Under the pieces are notes generated by a model. The model did no database searches. It saw only the letters and a list, made by a program, of their open reading frames with translations, and was not told the origin of the DNA. The position numbers and the translations under genes were made by a program. Of a DNA stretch of 64,000 nt, positions 35,610-45,034 are shown in pieces (the stretch's first letter is position 1; every line of letters starts with the position of its first letter). The DNA is from Dehalococcoidia bacterium (GTDB taxonomy: Bacteria > Chloroflexota > Dehalococcoidia > Lucifugimonadales > UBA3495), in contig CBDEFY010000004.1 of NCBI GenBank assembly GCA_965237595.1, positions 415,414 through 479,413 of the forward strand, in the 5' to 3' direction.

Positions 35610-37058
35610 ATGGCCGAGACCATTAGCGACCTGGAACGGTACGTCCAATCGACTCCCAGGTCGAAAGCCCTATGGGAAGACGCCAAAAACTACCTGCCGG
35701 GCGGCGATAGCCGGAATTCCATCTTCTGGGCTCCATACCCCATCTTTGTGGACCACGCCTCGGGTTGCCATGTCGTCGACGCCGACGGTGTCGACCGCCT
35801 GGACTTCATCGGCACCATGACGTCCCTTATCTTGGGCCATTCGCCCAAGCCGGTGATGGAGGCCGTGCGGAAGCAGTTGGAACAGGGCGTGGTCTACAAC
35901 GCCCCCAACGCGCACCAGATCCACCTGGCCAAGCTGTTATGCCAGCGTATACCCAGTTTCGACTTGGTCCGCTTCACCAACTCGGGCACCGAGGCCACTC
36001 TGAACACCATGGCGCACCAGATCCACCTGGCCAAGCTGTTATGCCAGCGTATACCCAGTTTCGACTTGGTCCGCTTCACCAACTCGGGCACCGAGGCCAC
36101 TCTGAACACCATTCGGGCGGCGCGGGCCGTCACCGGAAAGAGCAAGATTGCCAAGGTTGAGGGCGGCTACCACGGCAGTCACGACCAAGTCAGCGTCAGC
36201 GTGCGCGTGGACCCGGCCAAAGCCGGTGAGCGGTCCCGGCCCGACGCCTTGGCCGCCACCGAAGGGCTGGGCGAAGGCACCCTGGAACAGGTGGTGGTTG
36301 TGCCCTTCAACGAGACGGCCATAGCCCGGAACATCTTGGAGGAGAACCAAGACCAGTTGGCGGCGGTAATCATCGAGCCGATGCTGGGCTCCGTGGGGAT
36401 GCTGCCAGCCACCACCGATTTCCTGACCATGCTGCGGGACTTCACCAGGGACAACGAAATCGTCCTGATTTTCGACGAGGTCATCAGCTACCGCGCCTCC
36501 TGGGGTGGCGCCCAAGAGTACTATGGAATCACCCCAGACATGACTTCGCTGGGCAAAATCATCGGCGGCGGGTTCTCCATCGGGGCGTTTGGCGGCCGCA
36601 AGGACATCATGGACCTCTACGACCCCACGGCGCCCGGCGGACCCAGGGTGGCCCACGCCGGTACCTTCAACGCCAACCCGGTGACCATGCTGGCGGGGGC
36701 GGCGACTCTGGAACAACTCACTCCCGACGTGTACCGGAAACTGGCCGAGTTGACCGAATATCTTCGGGCCGGCATCCTCAAGGCCGGCGCGGAATTGGAG
36801 ACGCCGGTCCAGGTGACAGGGCTGGGCTCCTTGTTCGGCATTCATTTCACCGCCGAGGAACTGATTGGCTACCGGGACATCGCCACCGAGGACGCCGTCT
36901 TCCGGCACCAAGTGTTCTTGGGATTGCTGAACGAAGGTATCCTGATGGCCGCCAATCTGGTGGGCGCGGTCTCCACGGAGATTGGCGAGGCTGAGATTGA
37001 TGCCTTTACTGCGGCATTGCGGCGGGTGCTGGAACGCGCGCTGGCCCCGTCGGCCTAA
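35610..37058 (+). CDS. class III (GSA-aminomutase-like) PLP-dependent aminotransferase carrying a 34-aa internal duplication
   Basis: AGGAGG RBS. HemL-like motifs FTNSGTEATLNT (present twice) and the PLP-Lys region DMTSLGKIIGGGFSIGAFGG. Confidence 0.85.
   Translation: MAETISDLERYVQSTPRSKALWEDAKNYLPGGDSRNSIFWAPYPIFVDHASGCHVVDADGVDRLDFIGTMTSLILGHSPKPVMEAVRKQLEQGVVYNAPNAHQIHLAKLLCQRIPSFDLVRFTNSGTEATLNTMAHQIHLAKLLCQRIPSFDLVRFTNSGTEATLNTIRAARAVTGKSKIAKVEGGYHGSHDQVSVSVRVDPAKAGERSRPDALAATEGLGEGTLEQVVVVPFNETAIARNILEENQDQLAAVIIEPMLGSVGMLPATTDFLTMLRDFTRDNEIVLIFDEVISYRASWGGAQEYYGITPDMTSLGKIIGGGFSIGAFGGRKDIMDLYDPTAPGGPRVAHAGTFNANPVTMLAGAATLEQLTPDVYRKLAELTEYLRAGILKAGAELETPVQVTGLGSLFGIHFTAEELIGYRDIATEDAVFRHQVFLGLLNEGILMAANLVGAVSTEIGEAEIDAFTAALRRVLERALAPSA
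35910..36113 (+). repeat. perfect 102-bp in-frame tandem duplication
   Basis: 35910-36011 and 36012-36113 are identical except for the last base (g vs t, Met vs Ile). Each encodes AHQIHLAKLLCQRIPSFDLVRFTNSGTEATLNT. Confidence 0.95.
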
Positions 37059-37088
37059 ACCGGTATCTAATCCTACGAGGGACGAGCC

Positions 37089-38168
37089 ATGTTTGAAGGA
37101 TTCGAGCAGCGAAAGATCGAAGCCAACGGGACAACCATCAATCTGGTGACGGGCGGTAGCGGTCCTCCGGTGCTGCTGCTCCACGGCTACCCCCAGACCC
37201 ACGCCATGTGGAACAAGATTGCCCCGCGTCTGGCCGAGGACTTCACCGTGGTGTGCCCCGACCTTCGCGGCTACGGCGATAGCGGCAAGGTGGAGGGCGA
37301 CCCGGAGCACCTGAACTATTCCAAGCGCACCATGGCCCAAGACCAAGTGGACGTGATGAAGGAGCTTGGGTTCGACACCTTCTTCTTGGTGGGCCACGAC
37401 CGGGGCGGCAGTGTGTCCCACCGCCTGACCAAGGACCACCCTCAAAGCGTTCTCAAGCTGGCGACCCTGGACATCATCCCCACCCACAAGATGTTCCAGA
37501 TTGTGGACAAGGAGTTCGCCACCAACACCTACCACTGGTTCTTCCTGATTCAGCCCTTCGATTTCCCGGAAAAGGTGATTGGGGCCGACCCGGAGTTCTT
37601 CGCCCGCCGGGGGTTCGATCGCATCAAGGACGCCGACAAGGTGTTCACGCCGGAAGCGTTGGCCGACTATCTGCGCTGCTTCAACAACCCCGGCACCATC
37701 CACGCCTGCTGCGAAGACTACCGGGCCGGGGCCAGCATCGACTTGGTGCACGATGAGGAAGATTTCGACCAGAAGGTCAACTGCCCCATGCTGGCCCTGT
37801 GGAGTTCCACGGGCTACGTCGGCCGGACCCAGGACGTGCTTAAAATATGGCTGGACTACGCCACCAACGTGCGGGGCCACTCGCTACCCTGCGGCCATTA
37901 CATAGCAGAAGAACTCCCTGATGAGGCATACTCGGCGATCAAAGAATTTCTATATCTAGAGATAGCAGTCACATTCCCCCGCTCATCCTTGTATCTTAAA
38001 CCAGGACGTGGCAGGCCGAATCGTCCTAGGCTTTTTAGGCCGAGGCTCAGCGAGGCCGCCACGTCCTCCCCGCCCAGAGCCCGAACAGTTGACTGGGCGG
38101 CAGCCCGTATCAAGCAAGGCTGGGCCGGTGCCGGGGGACCAATGAGGGGAACCAGTGATGGGAGGTAG
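37089..38168 (+). CDS. alpha/beta hydrolase (haloacetate-dehalogenase / epoxide-hydrolase-like) with 3' read-through into IS110 DNA
   Basis: HGYPQTHAMW, Asp-nucleophile elbow VGHDRGG, and C-terminal CGHYIAEELPDEAYSAIKEFL. After about codon 290 the ORF continues about 70 codons through non-protein-like sequence (LEIAVTFPRSSLYLKPGRGRPNRPRLF...). Confidence 0.75.
   Translation: MFEGFEQRKIEANGTTINLVTGGSGPPVLLLHGYPQTHAMWNKIAPRLAEDFTVVCPDLRGYGDSGKVEGDPEHLNYSKRTMAQDQVDVMKELGFDTFFLVGHDRGGSVSHRLTKDHPQSVLKLATLDIIPTHKMFQIVDKEFATNTYHWFFLIQPFDFPEKVIGADPEFFARRGFDRIKDADKVFTPEALADYLRCFNNPGTIHACCEDYRAGASIDLVHDEEDFDQKVNCPMLALWSSTGYVGRTQDVLKIWLDYATNVRGHSLPCGHYIAEELPDEAYSAIKEFLYLEIAVTFPRSSLYLKPGRGRPNRPRLFRPRLSEAATSSPPRARTVDWAAARIKQGWAGAGGPMRGTSDGR
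37975..38165 (+). ncRNA. candidate IS110 bridge-type guide RNA region (speculative)
   Basis: A long irregular stem-loop: GGACGTGGC-A-GGCC (38004-38017) pairs with GGCC-GCCACGTCC (38054-66). It has a nested hairpin CCTAGGC / GCCGAGG. The region lies in the 5' non-coding part of the element, where IS110-group bridge RNAs are encoded. Confidence 0.25.
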
Positions 38169-38172
38169 ATGG

Positions 38173-39110
<938 letters not shown>

Positions 39111-39127
39111 CATCCAAGACAGTTGCT

Positions 39128-39178
39128 GAGCCCGTCGAAGGACCCTGGTTGTTGCGCAGTCATGGTTCGACGGGGCTC
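39128..39178. repeat. GC-rich palindromic element, family D (full hairpin)
   Basis: GAGCCCGTCGAA (39128-39139) pairs with TTCGACGGGGCTC (39166-39178) and is followed by ACCACGAACG. A half copy is at 55495-55521. Confidence 0.6.
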
Positions 39179-39270
39179 ACCACGAACGATTGGAAGTGCG
39201 GTTCGTAGACAGGGAGAACAAAACCACTGACAAAGCGAACAATAATACAGGAACAAAGGAGAGAAAAACC

Positions 39271-39609
39271 ATGGGATCAATCAGACTGTACACCGGCGAC
39301 GACGGCCAGTCCCACATCGAGGAGATTAACCCGACCGAGCACCCCGCGTGGAACACCCTGCACGGCGTCAAGGGCATTCAATTCCGGTCTTCGCCGCCGG
39401 GCTTCTTCAGCGACTGGCACGTGGCCCCGCGCCGCCAGTACATCATCACCCTCTCCGGCGAAGCTGAGATCGGACTGAAGGACGGCACCGTCCACCGCCT
39501 AGGACCAGGGGACGTAAACCTGGCCGAGGACCTAACCGGCAACGGCCACACGACGCGGGTTGTGGGGGATGTCCCACGGGTTACGGCGACGGTGCATTTG
39601 GAGGGGTAG
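39271..39609 (+). CDS. small cupin-like protein
   Basis: AAGGAGAG RBS. 112 aa with beta-rich sequence (WHVAPRRQYIITLSGEAEIGLKDGTVHRLGPGDV) consistent with a cupin barrel. No metal-His motif is obvious. Confidence 0.5.
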   Translation: MGSIRLYTGDDGQSHIEEINPTEHPAWNTLHGVKGIQFRSSPPGFFSDWHVAPRRQYIITLSGEAEIGLKDGTVHRLGPGDVNLAEDLTGNGHTTRVVGDVPRVTATVHLEG

Positions 39610-39834
39610 GGGATTCTGAAGGCGAAAAAACAACAAGGGCGGTTTGGTTGACCCGCCTTTGTTGATTTAATCTGCCAGTCCCTGATTCCACATTAGGTAA
39701 AGGAATTGCTGAAAGAAGCCAATCCATCATGACCCTCTGATTCTCTCGATAAAAGACGGGTTTGATCGCAATCAGGAGCCGCCCGATTCATCCGTTTGGT
39801 GGAGTATGTTGTGCAACCTAGTGACGGGGTTGGG

Positions 39835-40077
39835 TCAACTAATTTTCTTAAGCTCACCTTTTGGCAGGTCAGTTGCCCCAGAAGCAGTCGATGTTACTTT
39901 TTCCAATTCCTCTACCAGTACCTGAATGGCTCCGCTGATGCGTAGCAGGGTTTGCCGAAAGTCTGCCTGCCTGGCTTCTAACTCCGCCATCGCCTTCTCA
40001 CCCGCCTCGTATTCAGTTCTAAGCTCGCCGAGGCACCGTTCCAACTGTTTTTTTATGTTTCTCGTCTCGTTACTCAC
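39835..40077 (-). CDS. small coiled-coil protein, translationally coupled to the tail-fibre-like gene
   Basis: The GTG start overlaps the upstream TGA (GTGA at 40074-40077). The 80-aa sequence is heptad-like (LERCLGELRTEYEAGEKAMAELEARQADFRQTLLRISGAIQVLVEELEKV). Confidence 0.5.
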   Translation of the reverse strand: MSNETRNIKKQLERCLGELRTEYEAGEKAMAELEARQADFRQTLLRISGAIQVLVEELEKVTSTASGATDLPKGELKKIS

Positions 40078-41471
40078 GATCTTTCCGCTAATCTTAATTC
40101 CAACGACTCAGTTCGCTGACTCAATGATTGATTGTCGGATTTCAGTTCTCTGATAGCCTGTATCAACACCGCAGTTAGCCTTCCGTGATCAATTGACTTG
40201 TAGCCTTCGTCTCCCCATGTGGTCACAAGTTCAGGAAATTCGGCTTCCACCTCTTGAGCGATTAAACCTATTCCCCCAAATCCTGTCGAGTCGCCTAACG
40301 ATTCATAGAGCTCATTCCATTTGAAATATATTGGATTCACTCTGCTCAGTCTTTCTAACACATCTGTTACCTGCCGGATATCGGTCTTAAAGCGTGCATC
40401 GGAGGGGATCAGCCAACTGTCTGCTAGCGCCGGGCCCCAAACGTGCAATTTATGCTCTGGAAATCTTGTTCCAATGCCGACGTTCCCATGACCATGATCC
40501 TGCAAGACTAGTGGATTTTCAGAGCGCCAAGTATTGATCTCCCCGTGCCCACTTCGTTCTGGACGGTTATTGTCGGTGGAAATACCAACAGCGATGACCA
40601 GCAAATTTTCTAGACCTTGCCCAAGATGAATAGTGGCACTACCAGAATGGTTTCCGACCGTAATGCCAGAGTTCGCTCCCAGATTCTCTATGCTTTCATT
40701 GACGGACAATAAGTTATCGGGATTCGTCGTACCTATGCCGACTTTGCCGTTGCTTCCTATGCTCATGGTGGTCCCGGATTCGAAATCAAACCTCAATCCC
40801 TCATGTGATTTGTACCACCGGAAAGATTCCCCAAGTCCTGCTTTGGGAACTTTACTTCCCCAATACATAGCCAGCACACCGTCAACGCCGATACCATCAC
40901 CAGAATCGTGCAGATTGTTCCCTACGACCAACTTCTTTCCTGGAGTCGTATTCCCGATGCCGACGTTGCCGTTGTTGTCGATGAGGGCGCTCACATTGCC
41001 CCCACTATCCAAGAACGCCAATCCACCCGTTCCCCCTCCAATCTTCACTCGGTCGTCCATGTCTCTAAATGCGAGCGTATAGCCGGCTAGGCGGTACTGG
41101 TCGTTAGTCTCAATTGCCCCACCGACTACATTTAGCTTACTCACCGGATTCAATGTACCGATGCCGACGTTGCCGTTGTTGTCGATGAGGGCGCTCACAT
41201 TGCCCCCGCTATCCAAGAACGCCAATCCACCGGTTCCCCCTCCAATCTTCACTCGGTCGTCCATGTCTCTAAATGCGAGCGTATAGCCGGCTAGGCGGTA
41301 CTGGTCGTTAGTCTCAATTGCCCCACCGACTACATTTAGCTTACTCACCGGATTCGTCGTCCCGATGCCGACGTTCAACTTAGTAGCGATACTTCGGGCA
41401 TCTTCACTAATTTCCCATGGGCTTGGACTAGCAAAGCTATTGATAATGTTGTGTAGGGCAACGGGACCCAC
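40074..41471 (-). CDS. tail-fibre-like protein with C-terminal peptidase S74 (intramolecular chaperone) domain; 3' part of an IS3-split gene
   Basis: C-terminus PSDARFKTDIRQV...PIYFKWNE...GLIAQEVEAEFPELV...SIDHGRLTAVLIQAIRELK is the S74 auto-cleaving chaperone pattern. The N-part has VGIGTTNPVSKLNVVGG-type repeats. The frame stays open upstream of the listed GTG (41471) up to the IS3 end at 41534. Confidence 0.8.
   Translation of the reverse strand: MGPVALHNIINSFASPSPWEISEDARSIATKLNVGIGTTNPVSKLNVVGGAIETNDQYRLAGYTLAFRDMDDRVKIGGGTGGLAFLDSGGNVSALIDNNGNVGIGTLNPVSKLNVVGGAIETNDQYRLAGYTLAFRDMDDRVKIGGGTGGLAFLDSGGNVSALIDNNGNVGIGNTTPGKKLVVGNNLHDSGDGIGVDGVLAMYWGSKVPKAGLGESFRWYKSHEGLRFDFESGTTMSIGSNGKVGIGTTNPDNLLSVNESIENLGANSGITVGNHSGSATIHLGQGLENLLVIAVGISTDNNRPERSGHGEINTWRSENPLVLQDHGHGNVGIGTRFPEHKLHVWGPALADSWLIPSDARFKTDIRQVTDVLERLSRVNPIYFKWNELYESLGDSTGFGGIGLIAQEVEAEFPELVTTWGDEGYKSIDHGRLTAVLIQAIRELKSDNQSLSQRTESLELRLAERS
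40957..41364. repeat. two tandem 204-bp (68-aa) repeat units inside the tail-fibre-like gene
   Basis: 40957-41160 and 41161-41364 differ at only two internal synonymous positions plus the last ~10 nt. A more diverged third unit lies around 40740-40956. Confidence 0.9.
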
Positions 41472-41624
41472 CCCTTGAACGTCATCGATTTGCTGAATTG
41501 ATTGGAAACGCTTGTCTGGTAGCCCGTCGCGTTGTGAGGTGGACCCGGAAATTCGGACAGGTGGTTAAGTGAGAGTTCTGCTCCTAAAATAGCCACAGCT
41601 GTTGCTGTGAGGGAGGAGTGGGAC

Positions 41625-41909
41625 ATGTCAAAAGAGCGGAGGAAGCACAGCCCAACATTCAAGGCCAAGGTGGCCCTGGAAGCGGTGAAGGGTGAAGAGA
41701 CGGTGGCCCAACTGGCCGCCCCCTACGAGGTCCATCCCGGGCAGATCCAGGCCTGGAAGAAGTCCTTGTTGGAAGGAGCGGTCGGCGTCTTTGGTGGGAA
41801 CCAAGACAAACGCCAGAAGAGCGATGCGGTCCTTGTTGCCCGGCTCTATCAGCAGATCGGCCAACTGAAGGTTGAGCGGGATTTCTTGGCGGAGAGGCTC
41901 GGTCCATGA
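41625..41909 (+). CDS. IS3-family transposase OrfA (HTH)
   Basis: MSKERRKHSPTFKAKVALEAVKGEETVAQLAAPYEVHPGQIQAWKK plus a leucine-zipper-like tail. GAGGGAGGAG RBS. Confidence 0.85.
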   Translation: MSKERRKHSPTFKAKVALEAVKGEETVAQLAAPYEVHPGQIQAWKKSLLEGAVGVFGGNQDKRQKSDAVLVARLYQQIGQLKVERDFLAERLGP

Positions 41910-42850
41910 GCCGGGAGCGGCGGCGGGAGATGGTGGACCGGCGGCACCCAGCCTTGTCCACAGTGAGACAGTGCGCCTTACTGAGCATCAGCAGGTCCAG
42001 CCTAAACTACCGGCGCAAGGGGACTTGCTTGGAGAACCTGACCGTGATGAAGGCGATGGACCACCAGTACCTAAGTACCCCCTTCTACGGGTCGCGGCGC
42101 ATGAGGGTCTGGCTGGGCACTCAAGGTCACAGGGTGAACCGGAAGCGGGTCCAGCGTCTGATGCGGACCATGGGACTACGTGCCATCTACCGGTGGCCCC
42201 GGACCAGCAAGCCGGGGCCAGGGCACAAGGTGTATCCCTACCTCCTGAGCGGCATGGAGATCACCAGACCAAATCAGGTGTGGGCCGCCGACATCACCTA
42301 CATCCCCATGGCCAAGGGTTTCTTATACCTGGTGGCCATCATGGATTGGTACACGCGGTACGTGGTGGCCTGGCGTCTTTCCAACACCTTGGATGCTGAT
42401 TTCTGTGTCGAGACATTGGAGGAAGCGCTTGGCAAGGGGAAGCCAGAGGTCTTCAACACCGACCAGGGCAGCCAGTTCACCGGCGAAGCCTTCACCGGTC
42501 TCCTAGAGCAGCACGGAGTGAGAATCAGCATGGACGGGAAGGGACGCTACACCGACAACATCTTGTTGGAGCGGCTGTGGCGCACGGTTAAGTACGAGGA
42601 GGTCTACCTGAAAGCCTACTCCAACGGGCGAGAAGCCAAGGCCGGGCTTGACGCATACTTCAGCTTCTACAACAACCAAAGACCCCACCAGGCCTTGGGC
42701 TACCGGACACCGGCTGAGGTGTTCAAAGGAGACTTGGCGCCATCAGATGAACGGTCAATCAATGGGAAACGGGCACCGAACGGAGCGTTCTCAGACCTTG
42801 GAAAGACGGCGGAACTCCCACTTAGTTTTGCACCAAACCTGTCCAACTAA
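41906..42850 (+). CDS. IS3-family transposase OrfB (rve integrase core, DDE)
   Basis: VWAADITYIPM, FNTDQGSQFT, ERLWRTVKYEEVY motifs. -1 frame relative to orfA, with an ATGA overlap. Confidence 0.85.
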   Translation: MSRERRREMVDRRHPALSTVRQCALLSISRSSLNYRRKGTCLENLTVMKAMDHQYLSTPFYGSRRMRVWLGTQGHRVNRKRVQRLMRTMGLRAIYRWPRTSKPGPGHKVYPYLLSGMEITRPNQVWAADITYIPMAKGFLYLVAIMDWYTRYVVAWRLSNTLDADFCVETLEEALGKGKPEVFNTDQGSQFTGEAFTGLLEQHGVRISMDGKGRYTDNILLERLWRTVKYEEVYLKAYSNGREAKAGLDAYFSFYNNQRPHQALGYRTPAEVFKGDLAPSDERSINGKRAPNGAFSDLGKTAELPLSFAPNLSN

Positions 42851-42864
42851 TTGGGTCCACCTCA

Positions 42865-43038
42865 CTGCACGAGAATACGGCTGGCTAGGGTCAGGTTAAT
42901 TCCGTAACCAGATGCAGATGAGGTACTGAAGTTTGGGTCGTCTCCTATCCGCTCTCTCAGTACGAAAGGGTCGTCGACTGTGTTAAAGAAATCAAGAATT
43001 ATTGCCGCCAAGGTCGAATCCTGCTTTTTGGTGGTCAT
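42865..43038 (-). pseudogene. 5' fragment of the IS3-split tail-fibre-like gene
   Basis: GGAGG lies 8 nt upstream of ATG 43038. MTTKKQDSTLAAIILDFFNTVDD...SGYGINLTLASRILVQ ends at the IS3 right end. It is in phase with the open frame on the other side of the IS. Confidence 0.5.
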
Positions 43039-43782
43039 AACAGCGCCTCCATTAGTGTGGATGAGTCTGGGAAACTTCAGTTGAATACCACTGCTGAATA
43101 CCACTGCTGCTCTCCTGATTACCTCGCTCTGCGTGCGCCGTGTCAAGACAAAAAGGCCTGGGTGTGATGAGGCGCGAGCGTGATTTCGACAATTGCTAAT
43201 CCTATACTCACAGGAATGGTCTTTGCCATGACAGTTGGAATCTGTTGGTGGCTGGTCGTAAGCCAGGATGTGCATCCGCCCCCGTATCATGACTTGGTCT
43301 ATTCTATCTACCAAGCGTTCGACCCCCTACTGCATTCCCTCGCTGACCATGATGCGTGATATTACCGTTTAAGCCTAGCATTTGTCCACATCAGCAAGGC
43401 TGGGGCACTCCCAATAACGGCTACTGCCCACCTTCGCACCTGCAGGAGTAAATTCGATGGCACCGGAATAACTTGATTTTCGCTCCCCATTTTGCGCGTT
43501 TAATGCCACCCTATTTCGGATATCCGGTTGAATTCAGATCCGAAGCCTGTTCCCTAGCACCTGTCGGTTTCTCAGGTCGGGTCCTGTATTTCTACTTGGC
43601 CCGAGCATTCTCGGTTAGGTACAGGAGGCCAGTTGTCGGAGTTGCGGGTCGCAATCGAACCAATCTGACGTGTTCTCCTGCCCCTTGGCATCGTGGCGAC
43701 CAACCCAGCAACATCGGTAGTACAATACCCCCGCCAAGCACCACTACCGACGAATGGAAACCGTCCTGGAGATTAACCCACT

Positions 43783-44810
43783 ATGCGGTTCGGTCACTTC
43801 TTTTATCCTATGAAGTTTGACGACACCCGGGACGAGCAGGAGATTCAAGGGTGTCTGGACGAGGCCCAGCTCGTTGAGGAGTTGGGGCTGGACGCTATCT
43901 AGTTCGCCGAGCACTACTTCACCGGGGAGTGCGTCTACGGAGACCCATTGGTGTTCGCCAGCGCGGTGGCCGTTAAGACCAAGAAAATCATGTTGGGCTT
44001 CGGGATTCTAGAACTCCCGCTGCACAACCCAGTGCGGGTGGCCATCCAGACGGCCCTGCTGGATAACCTATGCCAGGGACGGCTGGTGGTTGGGACGGGC
44101 CGAGGCTCCAACTACAACGCTTACGAGTACGTCGGATTCGGGACCACACCGGCTCTGGGGTCCGCGCAGTTGGACGAGGCCGAGGAACTCTTGGTCAAAG
44201 CGTGGACCACCGACAACGTGAAATTCGAAGGCAAGTATTGGCAGGTGTCATTCCCCTCGGTCCGGCCCAGGCCATACCAGAAACCCCACCCGCCCTTGGC
44301 CCGGGCCTGCACCGGAGACGAGTCGCTGGTCGAGATGGCTAAGATCGGCAGGCCGGTCCTGATCAGGGGCGCTTCGTCCAACGCGACGGGAGAGAAAATC
44401 AGGCTATACCGGGATACCATGGCCTCGGCCGGATTCAGCGAAGCGGCGGTGGAGAAGAGCCTGGACCAAATCTGGGTGTGGCGCGAGATGCACATCGCCG
44501 AGACCGACGACGAGGCGCTGGGCGAGTTTCTGCCCGCGCACTTCCGAGCCTATTCAAAGATGGAAGAGATTCGCGCGAAGTGGAACCCCGCCGACGGACC
44601 GCTCAGGCTACGGAGAAACCCCGGACCCGGACGCATCCGAGAATCTGGTCGGTGGGCCGAAGCGGGTTTCCGAGCAGATGGCCCATCTGTAAGGATGCTG
44701 GTGTCAGGAACCTGATGCTCACCAACCGGGGCCTGATGTCGCGGGAGAAGACCGCCGATTCCTTGAAGCTGCTCAGTGAAAAAATCATCCCTCTGTTTCG
44801 CGATCTCTAA
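43783..44810 (+). pseudogene. luciferase-like monooxygenase, decayed (one nonsense codon, two frameshifts)
   Basis: MRFGHFFYPMKF...LGLDAI(TAG 43900-43902)FAEHYFTGE has the stop where LLMs carry Trp. The frame changes near 44590 (..GYGETPDPDASENLVGGPKRVSEQMAHL) and at about 44690 (extra T before KDAGVRNLMLTNRG...). Confidence 0.75.
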
Positions 44811-44925
44811 TAACGGAGCCGGACGAACGAATGGGCGGGTTAATCCCGCCCATTTTATTTTCCGGACCAGCCATCCGATAAACGTTGCCCACTCCCTCCC
44901 GTCGCGGAGAAGAAAACATTGGCTA

Positions 44926-44962
44926 AAACGTAGGGGCACGGCAATGCCGTGCCCCTACGTTT
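44926..44962. repeat. REP-like palindrome, family A copy 2
   Basis: Identical 29-mer GTAGGGGCACGGCAATGCCGTGCCCCTAC at 44930-44958, extended by AAAC/GTTT. Located between convergent genes. Confidence 0.9.
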
Positions 44963-45034
44963 CAGCAGAAGTAGAGCACACTCAACTCCACGCGTTGGGG
45001 GTCGCCGTCGAACCAGCCGGAGAATGCGAGAATC

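Larger units (their letters stand above)
41535..42864 (+). mobile_element. IS3-family insertion sequence
   Basis: Inverted ends TGAGGTGGACCC (41535-41546) and GGGTCCACCTCA (42853-42864), giving a TG...CA terminus. Further imperfect IR (..GGACAGG). orfA/orfB sit in the 0/-1 frames. Flanking trinucleotides are TTG and CTG. Confidence 0.8.

Noticed and set aside
36039-37880. 613-aa ORF on the minus strand
   Set aside because: It is antisense to the aminotransferase and hydrolase genes, has no motifs and is Gly/Val/His-rich. The same reasoning applies to 32239..33897 (+), 56446..58128 (+), 26548..27744 (+), 20195..21346 (-), 31428..32537 (+) and 59715..60722 (+).
39650-39690. Intrinsic terminator after the cupin-like gene
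   Set aside because: GGGCGG...CCCGCC pairs only about 5 bp with a bulge and the T-tract is weak, so it is too marginal to call.
40074-41471. Diversity-generating retroelement acting on the repeat-containing fibre gene
   Set aside because: There is no reverse transcriptase ORF in the window. The two 204-bp units differ only by two synonymous changes rather than by adenine-specific substitutions.
39610-43782. Prophage or tailocin
   Set aside because: Only a fibre-like gene and a small ORF are present. No capsid, portal, terminase, sheath, baseplate or lysis genes are recognisable on either strand.
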